Below, one piece after another: positions 24,736 to 37,480 of a stretch of DNA of 64,000 bases. The position numbers and the translations under genes are program-made. The stretch lies in the NCBI RefSeq assembly GCF_026930045.1, contig NC_072731.1, positions 137,946,156 through 138,010,155 on the forward strand, given 5' to 3'. The DNA comes from Uloborus diversus (lineage: Eukaryota). Position 1 is the first letter of the stretch. Each line of letters starts with the position of its first letter. The notes under the pieces were generated by a model, which saw only the letters and a program-made list of their open reading frames with translations, was not told the origin of the DNA and did not search any database.

Positions 24736-26437
24736 ATTATTAAAAGATGATGAAACTAGAATCAATGAACTGACAAAGTAGCCAAATAATAGCCATAGAA
24801 ACCATAATTTGAATTGAACATTAGTTTTTTATCCCAAAAGAGCTTTACTCTAGAAAAATCTGAAGCTATTGCCAAACTTCATTGAATTATTCTATAAAAT
24901 TATTAAAGACATTCAACAAATTCTTTTTCATAAAATAGAATACAGTGCAATTCAAATAAAATCTCATTACAGCAAACAGCAATAGAATGATATCTATTTC
25001 AACAAAATTAATATTGTCCCAAAATAACTGCCAGTAAATTTTCTGAATTCCATTATAATGAAATTTCTAACACAACGATCAAACTTAACAGTCCCTTGAA
25101 GTTTGCTGTAACAGAATTTGACAGCATTTAAGTAAGAAATTTTAACAATTTTTTTTTTCTTTTTACTTCTACCCCAATTCTTTTACGCATTCCTACAAAG
25201 TTCAATGAATAAAAGTATAAAGTGGTTTTGCAAAAAAATAAATGATGCATGCTGTGGTGGAAAGCATACAGAAAAACTAGACTTTAGAGGACTACAAATA
25301 AAGCTATTTTTTAGTGTCATAAAATTTTTAAAAACTGTTTATAAAAATATTGATGCTCAAATGCAGCATCAACAGACTTTTTAGGACATGTTGTTAATGA
25401 TTGATCTTGTTTTTGTTAGAAAATAGATTCTTTTCCGAACATGAAACATGCTATTACACTTTACTGGTTCTTTCTAAGTTTTTGAAATTATTTTTCAGGA
25501 TTCTTTTTACTACATAGAATCAAGATAGCAATAGCAATACAAAACCATAAAATGAAGCACATCTCAAGCTTTCTGTGATAAATATAGGAGCTTTTAGCAA
25601 TGTAGTACAGTCTCCAATAACTAACACCTTAAAGTTTCAGACACCTTGAAGGGAGAGTCACTATTTCTACTCTTAAAACATATGAAAAAGTAACTTACTG
25701 ATATACTTAAACTACATTTGCCTGTATGTGACAGGTGTAAAAGTTACTAGCAAATTTGCACAGGTTCATATGTCTTATAAGGGAAGTCTTGTATTTATAG
25801 CGTTATTCCATGTTTTATGCCTGTTTGAAACTCATTCTAGTACAAATAGGCTTATATAATAGGCTTATATATAAAAATAGGCTTATATTTAAACTTATTC
25901 AACATAGTTGTCACCATTTAGTAGCATTCTTCTTTGGTAAACCAAATGGTGTATTTTGAAGATTAGCTATGCCTTTTGATATTCTTTAAATTATTGTGCA
26001 GTTGTTTGGTGTGGAAATGCAAAACTTTTATCACATTAAATAACATAAAAATGAACTGCCAAATATAAATTAATTGTTACTAAGTGATTTGTAACTTGTT
26101 CAGAAAAAGTTATGTGATAATCAGCAACTCTGATGATTTTGAATATGACAATTTATTTTTGGTCAAACGTTTATGGACTCCCCCCCACACATCTAGTCAC
26201 CCTCCTCCTACTAAAAATTTCAAAGAATAACTTACACTATACCTATATGTTCATTTTCTGCAAAAAAAAAAACTCGATCAGTTTTACCAGTTTCACCGCT
26301 CCCCCCCCCTTTTCCTCTGTATTTCAAGGCATTTAGAGTTAGGGTTTTTTTTCTAAAGTAAAGTTACAAGATTACTTCATCAGAATAAATGACAAAAAAG
26401 TAAAATTGTTTCATATGAGATTTAGTAGCATACCTAC

Positions 26438-26635
26438 CAATTATAGGAGAGTTGCAAAGAAAGTCTTGCATGGTCAGCTGTTTCTACAGTTATAATATCT
26501 GTGCAAAAATCAGGACCCAAGAGTAAGCAAAGTGTACGAATCACATTTGGTCTTTTCGGTTTATCTCCAGATAGACTGAGCTGGGTAAACTGTTCATCAG
26601 GAGCCAGCATAACCAAATCAGGACCAAAAACAACC
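26438..26635 (-). CDS. MVP: MVP coding exon 9
   Basis: Acceptor ccttaag, donor GTAGGT. Reads (R)[65 protein letters not shown](W). Human has [67 protein letters not shown]. Confidence 0.9.
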
Positions 26636-27502
26636 CTTAAAATACAATAATTCTTTAGTAAAATGATTCTTTGGTTTATATATAGAATGTACTTGTAATA
26701 GTAAATTAGAAACAGTTCTTTTCATGTTTTAATTTTCACTGAATTATACACTTTAGTAAAACATGATTGCCTAATTTGAAAGACATAAAATTTCTAAAAT
26801 AAAATGTTTTTTACATCTAATTAATTTTTCTAGGACAAATTTATTTTAATTATTATACAAATAATTATTAATGAGTTTTTTTTGTAATAAAGGTATATTA
26901 AAAATACTAAAAATATTCTGTATATGAAACATATGAATGCTAGCTTATATGGAATAAAAATCAGAATATAAAGTACAAAAAGTAGAATAGAATCATAAGT
27001 GAAATAGAATTGCGTGAGATTCTTTTATTTTCAACATGAAGGCATATGTAAAACACGTTCACTAACTTTAATATTTAATAAGAGAACAAAGATATTTTAC
27101 ACTGAAATGCAGAAAAAATATCTTGGAAGGAAAAAACTGTTAAATATATAGTGCAAAAGCTGGAGCACAAACTCATTTTTAAAACTAAAACTGTGTAATA
27201 AAATACTACCCTATAAACACAATGTTTAAAGGCAAAATAATAATAAGTGCAGCTATTAATTCAATAAATGAAAAAACCAGCACTTAAGTTAGGCAAAAGC
27301 ATTTTTTTTATGCATTCTGCTATAATGTGAAATGTCTGCAGTGTAATTTAAATACTAGATGGCTAGAAAAAAAATTCTTAAAAATTTCCAAGCAAATTCA
27401 AGAACTTTTGAAACAAAAGTATACATTTCACAGAAACTATATAAAGCATTCTTTATAATTTTTCATAGTAAAAAGTTTAGAAAAGATAGTTTTTTAAAAT
27501 AC

Positions 27503-27768
27503 CTTGATTGTTTTTTCTTATAATCATATACTTGAACAGCAGCATTATGCGGCACACGTAAGGTAATAGCTTTGGCCCCATCCTCTTCTGATTTGTGAGT
27601 CTTGGTCTGCACAGCTGGTGCATTTGCTGATCGCATCCTCCATGTACCACGATCACTTAAAGGGTCAGTTCCTTGAGTTAGAAGTTCTTGTACTTGAGCT
27701 GGCAATTCTTTAATCCACAATTCTTCATCTTGAGTCAACATGTATGTTGAGCCAGACACTAGGCGAAC
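27503..27768 (-). CDS. MVP: MVP coding exon 8
   Basis: ORF-track frame reads [41 protein letters not shown]...[21 protein letters not shown](R). Acceptor ttttttag, donor GTATTT, ends in phase 2. Human has [41 protein letters not shown]...[20 protein letters not shown]. Confidence 0.9.
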
Positions 27769-28200
27769 CTAAAAAACACAAAAACATGTTACTGAGAAAG
27801 TTGCCGCCCTTCAGGCAGTGCTGGTGCAGAACTACGTGCCAACCAATATACCAATAGCCTGGTTATGCCATCCAGAGACTACAGTTTCATTCTTGTTATC
27901 GACTCATCAGTCTGGCTTAGCTGTCACAAGATGACATCTGCCTTCAGCTTGGTTATAGTCTATTCCAGACTGACAAGTCCATAACAAATATGAAACTGCA
28001 GTTCTTGGATGGTAAAACCATGTTGTTAAAGCTCAAGATTAGTGCCAACTGGCGACCATTTCATAGAAAACAGGTGCCCAAAAAAAAAAAAAAAATCCCA
28101 CTACTCGTCAAAAGTGGTGAACAAGTCTATGAACACTTTCGTCTTACATACTTATTATCTCAGGAAAAAAAAACATGCATAAAAAAGAGATTATACTTAC

Positions 28201-28350
28201 ATGCCCAGATTTAATATTTCGAACATAAATTCCTTCACTTTCATCTAAAGCTATAGCGTAGCGCTTTGTAACAATTTCTACTTCAACAGGTGGAATATAC
28301 TCCGCTGGACCTTTTATCATCCAACGATCTCCAGGGCTTCGAGCAACTGC
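28201..28350 (-). CDS. MVP: MVP coding exon 7
   Basis: Acceptor ttgaaag, donor GTAAGT. Reads [50 protein letters not shown]. Human has [45 protein letters not shown]. Confidence 0.88.
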
Positions 28351-28911
28351 CTTTCAAAAGAGTGAGAAAAATTAATTAAAGCTTAGTTTTATCAACTAAT
28401 AAAACCACAATTAGCATAAAAACTAACAAATTAAAGGAAAATAAATGTGCTGCACTAATTTTTTTCCCCCAGGACAAATTGGAAATGGAGGAAAAATGGA
28501 ATTTTTACCAATTAAAATGCAATTTAATAATTATATTTTCTTACAAAATTAAAAAAAAATGTTTAGTATTTAAAAATACATGCTATATATTTTCTTCCTT
28601 AGAAATATGCATAACACTTTTACTGTTAAAAAAAGGCTTTCTGTTTTTTTAACCGACTTCAAAAAGGAGGCGGTTATCAGTTCATACCGTATGTATGTTT
28701 TTTTTTTTGTTTGTCCACTCATAGCGTCTCACCTAGTGAACCGATTTTGATGATTCTTTTTTTAATGGATAGAGGATGGCTCAACTTAGGTCCCATTACT
28801 TTCTTTGACCATATTTGTTCTTTAGAAAAAAAGTTATGGGCAAAAAACAGTAAATTTCCCTATTAAATGATTAAAATGATATTGTAGCAAAGTTCGCACT
28901 TCGTCATCCAT

Positions 28912-28984
28912 GGATAACGGTGGCTCAGTGGTAGAATTCTCGTCTCCCACACGAGCAACTTGGGTTCAAATCCCGACTAGGACA
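28912..28984 (+). pseudogene. tRNA-Gly(CCC)-like sequence without an acceptor stem (probable tRNA-derived SINE head)
   Basis: Box A TGGCTCAGTGG at 28921-28931 and the D-arm AGTGGTAGAATTC are present. The anticodon stem-loop CTCGT/CTCCCAC/ACGAG is perfect with anticodon CCC at 28946-28948. The T-arm TTGGG/TTCAAAT/CCCGA contains box B GGTTCAAATCC. The 7 nt upstream (ATAACGG) cannot pair with the 7 nt downstream (CTAGGAC). An A-rich tract ends near 29410. Confidence 0.55.
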
Positions 28985-29401
28985 AAGTGAATTTTACTAA
29001 AATTTCGTTTCTACTGTTTTCCGTATTTTCTCGAATGTTCTATTAATTTCTGTATCTTTTCAAGTCTGGAAAGTTCCAGCACTTTTTCAAGTTGTATATA
29101 AGGAGATGTAACGTTCATTCGTGGCTCTGAATAAAGATCTCGAGTTGAGACTAACGAGTATTCGCTTCATTTGGCTTTCACATTGTCTTCGCTATCTTCA
29201 TCTACGCGACAATATGAAACTCATTGTTATAAAAGTTTGGTGCCATATAACTGTAACATTAATAGTAATTGTAATGATAATTTTGAATAAAGGCTTTTCT
29301 AAAGCAATATAGTGATATAGAGCCGCACTTCTTACTAGGTAACTTCTTACTTTTACTGAAATATCTACATTTACACTAAAAAGAATGAAATAAAAAAAAT
29401 T

Positions 29402-29824
29402 TTGAAAAAAAAATAGAACCGACTTCAAAATTGCTCTAAAAAGTGAAAAATAATTTTATTCTTTAAACATCATCGATAATACTTTTAAACATAATTTTTG
29501 AAGTTGGCGCAAAAACAAAAAGTAAAATCCATTGTAACCATGCTTCGTTCATATTTTTATCAAAAAATCATCCAAACTTAGGAACGAAACATTTATATCG
29601 TTACTCAAATATGCTGTCATCAATGCGTAATGCATGTGGTAGTGAAGAAACTGGACGTGGTTAAATTTATACTTGTAGTTGAGTTATGGCTGTGAATGGT
29701 TTTATCGATCGTTTTTGCGCCAACTTCAAAAATTATGTTTAAAAGTATTATCGATGGTGTTTAAAGAATAAAATTATTTTTCACTTTTTAGAGCAATTTT
29801 GAAGTCGGTTCTATTTTTTTTTCA
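29402..29824. mobile_element. foldback-type MITE (arms about 114 bp, unique core about 195 bp)
   Basis: 29408-29515 is the reverse complement of 29711-29818 with one mismatch seen. The end motif TAGAACCGACTTCAAAA also appears as a fragment at about 28650. The flanks (TTTGAAAAAAAAA and TTTTTTTTTCAAAA) are themselves inverted. Confidence 0.6.
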
Positions 29825-30682
29825 AAATTTTTTTTTTCTAACTTCCTATAACTTCAAAAATGGCTGAAATTGATGTTATTAAGAATTCAGTTTCAGAATC
29901 TTTTCTAGGAAAAGAACCCCTTTACCCTCACATCAGCAAAGATAAAGCATAAAGTTCCATTTTAAAGACTTCAATTAAGAAAAATTCATTTGTAGTCCCT
30001 TGAAACTTCCTCTGAAGTCATTATAGAAAGTCTTAAACTGAGTTTTCAAAACTTCATCAATTTAAAAAAAATTACAACGGACAACCACCAAATCCCTTTT
30101 TCCTCCTGTAGTCACCCAAAGATGCACTGAAATAACGCTTTTAAAGCTTCAAGGTCCAAAAATTTCAGGAGAAAACCCTCAACTCTGTAAAATTGCAAAA
30201 GAGGACCAAAACTTTCTCTTTTAATACAACAGTTGCAGAATATTTTCGGCAAGAGCCCCTTAGCGTCATCAAAGATAACTTCAACTTTTTTTTTCTTTAA
30301 ATTTTTTTAAAAAGATTTCATTTTTGAAGAATTACCAAGGGACAGTCTTGATTCCTCCACACCATTCTCTAAACGTTGACACAACAATTGTTTTAAATTG
30401 CACTTTTAGAACTATCACTTATGGGGATAAGCCTTAGAAGTCTCTCCACCTCGCACAGATGGCCTAAAATAGTCTTCAGCCTCAAAAAAAAAAAAGTGCC
30501 CCTGTACTTATCCCAAAACCAGGGGGATCAACTGTCCCCTTTTGAACCCCATAAATGACAAGCTTTGCACCTACTTATCATGAACTAAACAGAAAATTCA
30601 AAATAAAATATTAATGTAATAAATTAACAGCTGTAGAAGCATTTAGCAAATGAACAACATTAAAATATTAAATAGAAATTAC

Positions 30683-30814
30683 AGGTGTTTCACTGCTATC
30701 TTGAAATGCTTCTCTGGCTCGTAATATAAGGCCTTCATTTTCACCAAGAACATAGACATCTTGAATTCCAGCTTCCAGTCTTTCACCAGGAAGTAAGAAA
30801 AAGGACTTTTCACC
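30683..30814 (-). CDS. MVP: MVP coding exon 6
   Basis: Acceptor tactag, donor GTAATT. Reads [44 protein letters not shown]. Human has [36 protein letters not shown]. Confidence 0.88.
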
Positions 30815-33221
30815 CTAGTAATCAAGAAACTTAATTTTCAGATTTTTTAAAATATAGCAAAGATATTCTAAAAAACAAAGGGAAACATTTTTTTTATGGT
30901 AACCTACACTTTAAGAGAAAGAATGATACATTCTTATGATAGAAAATTATTTGTAATACAGGAATTGTAAACTGAGCTTTAATTTTTCAGCAGTAAGAAA
31001 AGTAAGTTTGTTTGTACAGTGACAATTTTGCAATGAAATATATTGTTGAGTTTCTGTTGTGATAATACTGGAGTTTTGAAACACAGTAAACTCCCTATTA
31101 GCTGCAGATGGCTTATCCAGTGTGGATTATTCGTGGTCTAAAATACTTTATTTTTTTTATTTTTTGTCAATGATTAACTGAATGTAGATAAATGCACCAA
31201 CTTTAACAAGTGCAAAATCTATTTCTATGCATTCTTATTTCTTTCTTTCTCCTCTCTTCCAATGATATCAAACCTTCCAAAGTCACTAAAGTTAGACTAG
31301 TTAAACCTGATTTTGATTAAAAATTCGAAGTATTGCAGCATATTAGGAAATTTTATGTAGAATTCTCAAAATTTAGGCCTCTTGCCAGAGCAGAAAAAAA
31401 TTAACTCAGAGGCTTGAAATTTTATGCAGTAATTTGTGTTAGGAAGTCAAAAAATTACCATACTAAGACTTAAAGTTCAGAGGAATTTAAAATATTTTGT
31501 AAATTTTCTCCTTATTTGATGTTTTTCTAAAAATCTCAAAAATTCAAGTTTTTTGTCAGAGCAGAAACATTAACTCAGAGTCACGAAAATTTTCCCAGTT
31601 GTTAGTGTTGGGGAGTCATAATTTTTTCGCACTAGGGGGTTAAGTGCTCTGCAGAATTTTTATTTTTTCAGCCCACCCTACTGCAAACTTCTCTGAATTG
31701 GAAAGAGTTCCCCTTTTCTTTGCTGTCTTCATGAAATTCTAAAATTTAGAGCAGAGAAATACAGTTCAAAAAGATATAGAAAAAATCTAAAAACAAAAAA
31801 AGGCACCTAAATCTATGTAAGAGTCCTCAGTGGCTAAGAGGTCAAAATCACTTGCTCCCGCAGCTGCTTGTGCCTCAGCTTTCTATTTTATTTTGAAGCT
31901 TTTTTGCAGGGTTGCGGAGTCTGAAGAAAATTGGCCGACTCCGACTCCAGGATTTTGAAACGTCCGACTCCGACCGTGACTTTATCATTATTTTTTTTCA
32001 AATTACGCACCCCTCCCCTCATGGGAAGGGGAAAACCCCTGAAAGAGATTGAAATACAGTGAAGCACTGTTTATATGTTTTTGAAATGACTGTATGAAAA
32101 AAGCGTACAAACGAAAAAACGTATAATAGATATAGGTTGATATGTATTGGACTTTGCAGGGACCAATTTTAAAAATGTATAATTGATAAAAACGTATAAA
32201 AGAGAAACGTATAAACGATGCTTCACTGTATCAATTCTTTTTTATGAAATTTTCGCGCTGTTTTATTCTAAACCTAAAATGCATACAACGTTAGAAATTC
32301 AATTTGAAAATCTAATTATGTAATAGTTGCGATTTCTAAAGTGAGATTACTTAAAAATCCCATTTTTAAAAAAACTGAAAAGGATTAATTTGCATCCCTG
32401 TAATGTTTAACAAATAGGGTAAGTGCTCCAGTAGTCAGCCGGTATCCAGTAATCGACCACAAGGACATAAATCTGCTTATAAATAGAACATGTACAGCTC
32501 AAAATCTGATGTGATGCATTCCCACATTCCTTTAACTATCCCCAATTATCATCCAATAACAGTGAAGCTGTAAGTCCTTTTTATTAAATAGTAATGAGTC
32601 ATTTTATTTTAAATGGTGTACATATCATCCTAGTTTGCGATTCTGCTTATTTTTTTGTTAAGAAGACACATAATCTTTAAACGTTAAGCAACCTTCTTTT
32701 TTTCTTTCTACTGTAAATTTGCTTTTTCTTATGTTTTAATGGGTTGTATAACATAACGTTTCAATTAAAAAATATTTTTCTTAGACTCAATTATTTTTAG
32801 AGGGGTGGCTGACCACTGGGTACTGAATTCTTATATATTTCTAATAGTCGGCCATGGCACATTGACCACTGGTCCTATACTGTTTGGTTGATCTACCCAG
32901 TAGTCGACTGCTTACTTAATATGGATTTTCTAATGTTTATCAAATAGTAACTAAAATAAAGTATTGACACAGCAGCAATTTAGCTGTTTTGAGTAAAAAT
33001 ACCTTTTTTAATGTCATTTCTTCAAGAGAAAATGTTTAAATTTTGTCTTAACTTTTTTTGACAAAAAGTATCGTTTCATCATTTTGCTGTTTCTAATGTT
33101 GATTTCAGTTAAGAATTCTCAAAAACAGGGTTGAAAACAGGCTGTAAATCCAGTCCGTCGTTGCATTTAGAATATAAGTTCTAATACTCAACTTGTCATT
33201 ACCAAATGGTACATGGACGTC

Positions 33222-33472
33222 CATATACAAAATTGCAAGAGGGTTGGGCTCAGGTATTTTGACCATGGTTTAGCAGGATATTTTCCAAAAGGGAGCCGAT
33301 TTCAGGACAGATTAGAGTCATTAAAATTTGACATTCTTAATAACTTATTCATTAATGGCTGGAGAAGAAATGTTTTTACATTTTTGCAAAGAAAAAAGTA
33401 CTAAAAGCAAGGAAGTTCTAGTTTCTATAAGGGGTGCTCAAGCCCCCAATTACCCCCCTATATGGGTGCCCT
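33222..33472. mobile_element. MITE family copy B (same family as 7165-7443)
   Basis: Left end GACGTCCATATACAAAATTGCAAGAGGGTTGGGCTCAGG and right end GCTCAAGCCCCCAATTACCCCCCTATATGGGTGCCC match the ends of copy A. Confidence 0.4.
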
Positions 33473-34189
33473 TCAAATGATAATTTATCGGGGGGGGGGG
33501 GAGATTAATCAAACTATGATGGGTTGATGAAATTGATAAAACAAATGATCCAATTGCAGTTAGTATTCAATCGGCAATAAATAAACATTTCCATTGTAAG
33601 GTTCAAGATGTAATACTTCAATAGTTACGCTAGCTCAAATTATTTCAATGAGCTTTAACCCTGTGAATATTCTTTCTATTGCTCATTTTGCTAAACTATT
33701 TGCTTCACCAAAGGTGCAAGAAATCTGTATTCTATTAAGACTAATTATTCTAAATGTTGGTACTATTTTTTATTACTGCTTATAACTAAATTATGTTTTC
33801 TTCACAAGGAAATCAAAATTCACTTCTTGTTTAAAATTATGCTGAATTTGTTTTAAAATAATATGATTTCAGAGTTGCATTACGCTGCTACCCACTCCAT
33901 TTTAGTTTATTCATTGTATACTAATGTTCTTGTTGTAAGGTGTAATGTTATCTTCGTGACGTCCCCCATTTCTAAATTTCAATTTACCCATATACAGGCT
34001 GTGATTCAGGCAATCGGGACGGGGGGGGGGGGGGGCATTTTTGCTAGTATTTTGATTGTTTCCTTTTAAATGAATTGTATTCATACGCTAAATATTCTTA
34101 CCCCAAGTTTGTTGCGAAACGAAGTAAAAAAAAAATGTTTTATACAGATTATATTTCCTAATATAGGACATTCTAATGTGATTCAATCG

Positions 34190-35275
34190 TAAACTCTCTA
34201 AATATTACCAATAGAGGCCAAAATAAAACCAGATTTTAAAAAAAAACGCCAAATTTGTAACCAAGTTGGCGACATAACTTCGCGACCAAAAGCTCGGCGA
34301 TATATCACCAAGTGCTTGACAAATTATAACACAACTTGAGTTTGCATTGAAATTAACAATGATTTCCCCCCAAAAAGGTGTAAAAAGACCCCCTTTGGAA
34401 CATACAAATGCAACCAAAAGGGGAGGTGCACAACTAGACCCCACTAGGAGTCTACGTACCAAATTTCAACTTTCAAAGACATACCATTTTCGAGTTATGG
34501 GAGATACATATACACATACGTACATACATACCTACATATGGACGTCACGAGAAAACTCGTAATTAACTCGAGCATCCTCAAAATGGATATTTCGGGTTTC
34601 TATACGTTCTTAAGCATGCATGTATCTATGTGTGGTCGGGTTGGAAAAAAACTCAATATTCATTCAGGGGCGAGCAAAATGGAAATTAAGGCTGACTTTT
34701 GGGTGAAATTTTTTTTGCGAATACAATACTTCCTTTACTTTGTAAAAGGAAGTAAAAAAAACACAAAAATTTGTTGCCAAGTTGGCGAAGAAACTTGGCG
34801 GCCAAAAGCTTAGCGATATATCGCCAAGTGTTTGCCAAATTATAACACCACTTGAGTTTGCATTGAAATTAACAATGATTTCCCCCCAAAAAGGTGCAAA
34901 AGACCCCCCTTTGGAACATTTGAATGAAACCAAAACAGGAGGTGCATAACTAGACCGTACTATGAGTCTACGAACTAAATTTCAACTTTCTAAGACATAC
35001 CGTTTTTGAATTATGCGAGATACATACACACATACATACAGACATCATGAGAAAATTCATTGTAATTCATTCAGGGATTGTCAAAATGGATATTTCGGGT
35101 GTCTATACGTTCTTAGGCATATATTCACGTGTGGTCGGGTTGAAAAAAAAAACTCAATATTCATTCGGGGGCTAGCAAAATGGAAATTAAGCCTGATTTT
35201 TTGGTGAAAATTTTTTCGTGAATACAATACTTCCTTTACTTTATAAAAGGAAGTAAAATATATAAACATTTTTTA
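34190..35275. repeat. tandem dimer of the about 520-bp repeat (units about 34190-34760 and 34760-35275)
   Basis: The two units align throughout. Each ends with the hairpin TACTTCCTTTACTTTGTAAAAGGAAGTA. The ORF-track ORFs here are artefacts of the repeat. Confidence 0.75.
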
Positions 35276-35724
35276 CCCCTAAATCAGTTTGACTCCGACT
35301 CCACAGCCCCGCTTTTTAGCCCTTATTTTTCCTGTAACTTTTAAATTTAGCATTTTATTTTCAATCATTTCTTCTTGCTGATCCATAGTAAGTGTTATGA
35401 CTAATCTAATGCTGGGCTATCTTGCAGACTACTTTGGGGTTTTTTAATCTCCAATGCCGAATACTGAAAAATGTTCTGCTACCTTAATAACAGCTTAACA
35501 GCCCAATTGCATAAGTAACTACAGGGATTCTTATCAACATTGATCATAGTTCAACTTATAAGATATGAAATCATTCAATTATTTATTTTTATCTTTCTGG
35601 TGAGCAAAGAATGTAATTCTTCACTGTTAGGTACGAAATGTGTACAGAAAAGAATCCTTTTACATTCAGTTCAGTAAAAAAAATCAGTGTTTAAATACAA
35701 ATAGAAATTTTTTTTTCTTTCTAC

Positions 35725-35961
35725 CTTTATCAGTTTCTTTCGCCCAAACTGTGGTTTCCCATCAGTGCCAATTGGATCAAGAATCACGCAATATTGACGA
35801 TTAGAGAGAGTAGTAATATTGACTAAACCTAACACATTTTCATAGACTCCGGGAATATAGGTTTCAGTATCTTTGATAGTGACTAACCACTCTTCTCCAT
35901 TTTTCCTTGTTTTGCCAAAATCATCAACAAAAGTTTTTTGAGCTTTGACATGAACTGCTTC
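35725..35961 (-). CDS. MVP: MVP coding exon 5
   Basis: Acceptor ttttatag, donor GTAGAA (weak but unique). Reads [79 protein letters not shown], 79 codons. Human has ...[58 protein letters not shown]. Confidence 0.85.
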
Positions 35962-37253
35962 CTATAAAACAGAAAAAAAAATGAGGACAGTAAAAATAAC
36001 TAATGAAACTTAAGATTCTAAAAATGTTTAGTCACCCCCCCCCCTCTTTTTTTTTTTTTTTTTTTGAGTTACTCAATTTAAAAACCAGTGCTTTAATCAA
36101 TGGTTGAATATCCGCAATTTTAGTTTTTGTATTATTCAATTGCAAAATAAAAAAGTGTCCTAAAGTTGTTGCTATTATTTTGTATTGGTGTTTTTCAGTT
36201 ATTTTGATTTAATAATTTTTCATTTTCATTTTTTGATCAACGTACAGTATTAGTATATGTTTTCTCTACTGCAGTTGACTCTCCAGAGTCTTGTAACTCG
36301 AATTTTCCTTCATCTTGAAGATTTAATTCAGTCCCGAAATAATTTAGATTTTTCAATAAAGTTGTCTCTATGTCTGAAATGTACTCATTTTAAGTTGAAG
36401 TTTTTAAAAAAAGTTTTGTTTTTATTTTATGCACAAAAATGCAGCTAAAATGAGAGAAAAAAAAAAACATTTTCCCCTCTTTAACACATTGCTTAGCTTA
36501 TTAGCTTGTATGAGGGTGTGCAGTGTTGCAAGATTGCATGAGAAGTAGCTCCACCTAATCAGAAAGTATCAAATTTTGCAAACATTTTATTGCTGTACCT
36601 GGAAAATTCGAAAAACCTGGATTAGTCAAATTGTGTTTTGCTAACTTAACGGCCTTTTGAGAGGCACTAAAAAAAACATGTAAGCAATCAACAATTTCTT
36701 TTTTTCTTTTTTTTTTTTTTAAGTGATTTAATAAAATTTATTCTTTGTAAAGATATTTTATTTGTAGTACTAACAATCAATTTTATAACAATAAGTATTA
36801 TAGTCTATCTTTTATGCACCATTCTTAAAAAAGAAAATAAAAATTATTCTTTAGAAGGCTGGGAAAGGAATTTCTTATAACCCAAACTACCGATTACTCA
36901 AAGGTTTTAACCAGATCTTTGAGACTTCGAGTTATTGAGAGTTGACTGTATGTATCTTTTAATTATTTATACAAGTTTCATTTTGTACATCTCTCTGGGT
37001 AAGAATTTCAAATAATCTACAAATTGAAAATATGTAAGAATGTCTTCCATTTCAGCTTAAGAAACCGAATGACAGCTAAAAGCAAAATTTAAAAGGATCA
37101 AATTTTAGAAAATCATTTCTAAGCAAACATCATATAACATCTGAACTATACTAAAAATAATCTTGTCTAAAAAGGCAAAAAGATGAGAATGTACGGATCA
37201 ATTTCATATTAGTATAAAAATTAAAACTTACACATAAAATGTTATATACTTAC

Positions 37254-37480
37254 TTTCTCAGTTAATACATATGCATTCACTACATCTATAACTTCTTCAT
37301 AGGCTCCTGGTAAATAGGCTCCACTTTTTTTAACAATCCATTCTTCCCCAGTTACCCTTAGCTTACCATCACGGTCTTTAGTTTCAGCACGAGCACGGAG
37401 TTTTAAAGCTTGGTTTGGATTAATAACCTCTGCTGAAACTGTTTCCACAACTTCAACTTCCTTTCTTGGCACAAAGGTTC
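37254..37480 (-). CDS. MVP: MVP coding exon 4
   Basis: ORF-track frame reads (G)[75 protein letters not shown]. Acceptor aattaaag, donor GTAAGT. Human has [49 protein letters not shown]...VILTEK. Confidence 0.9.

Noticed and set aside
24241-24736. Three overlapping K/R/F-rich ORFs of 81-148 aa
   Set aside because: Low-complexity translation of A/T-rich DNA inside a inverted-repeat-bounded element. The frames overlap on both strands and carry no domain signal.
28912-28984. Functional tRNA-Gly gene
   Set aside because: The internal arms are good, but no 7-bp acceptor stem can form (ATAACGG versus CTAGGAC). It is called a pseudogene or SINE head instead.
34205-35269. ORFs of 62-91 aa on both strands across 34205-35269
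   Set aside because: They sit inside the tandem ~520-bp repeat and recur because the repeat is duplicated. No coding features are present.
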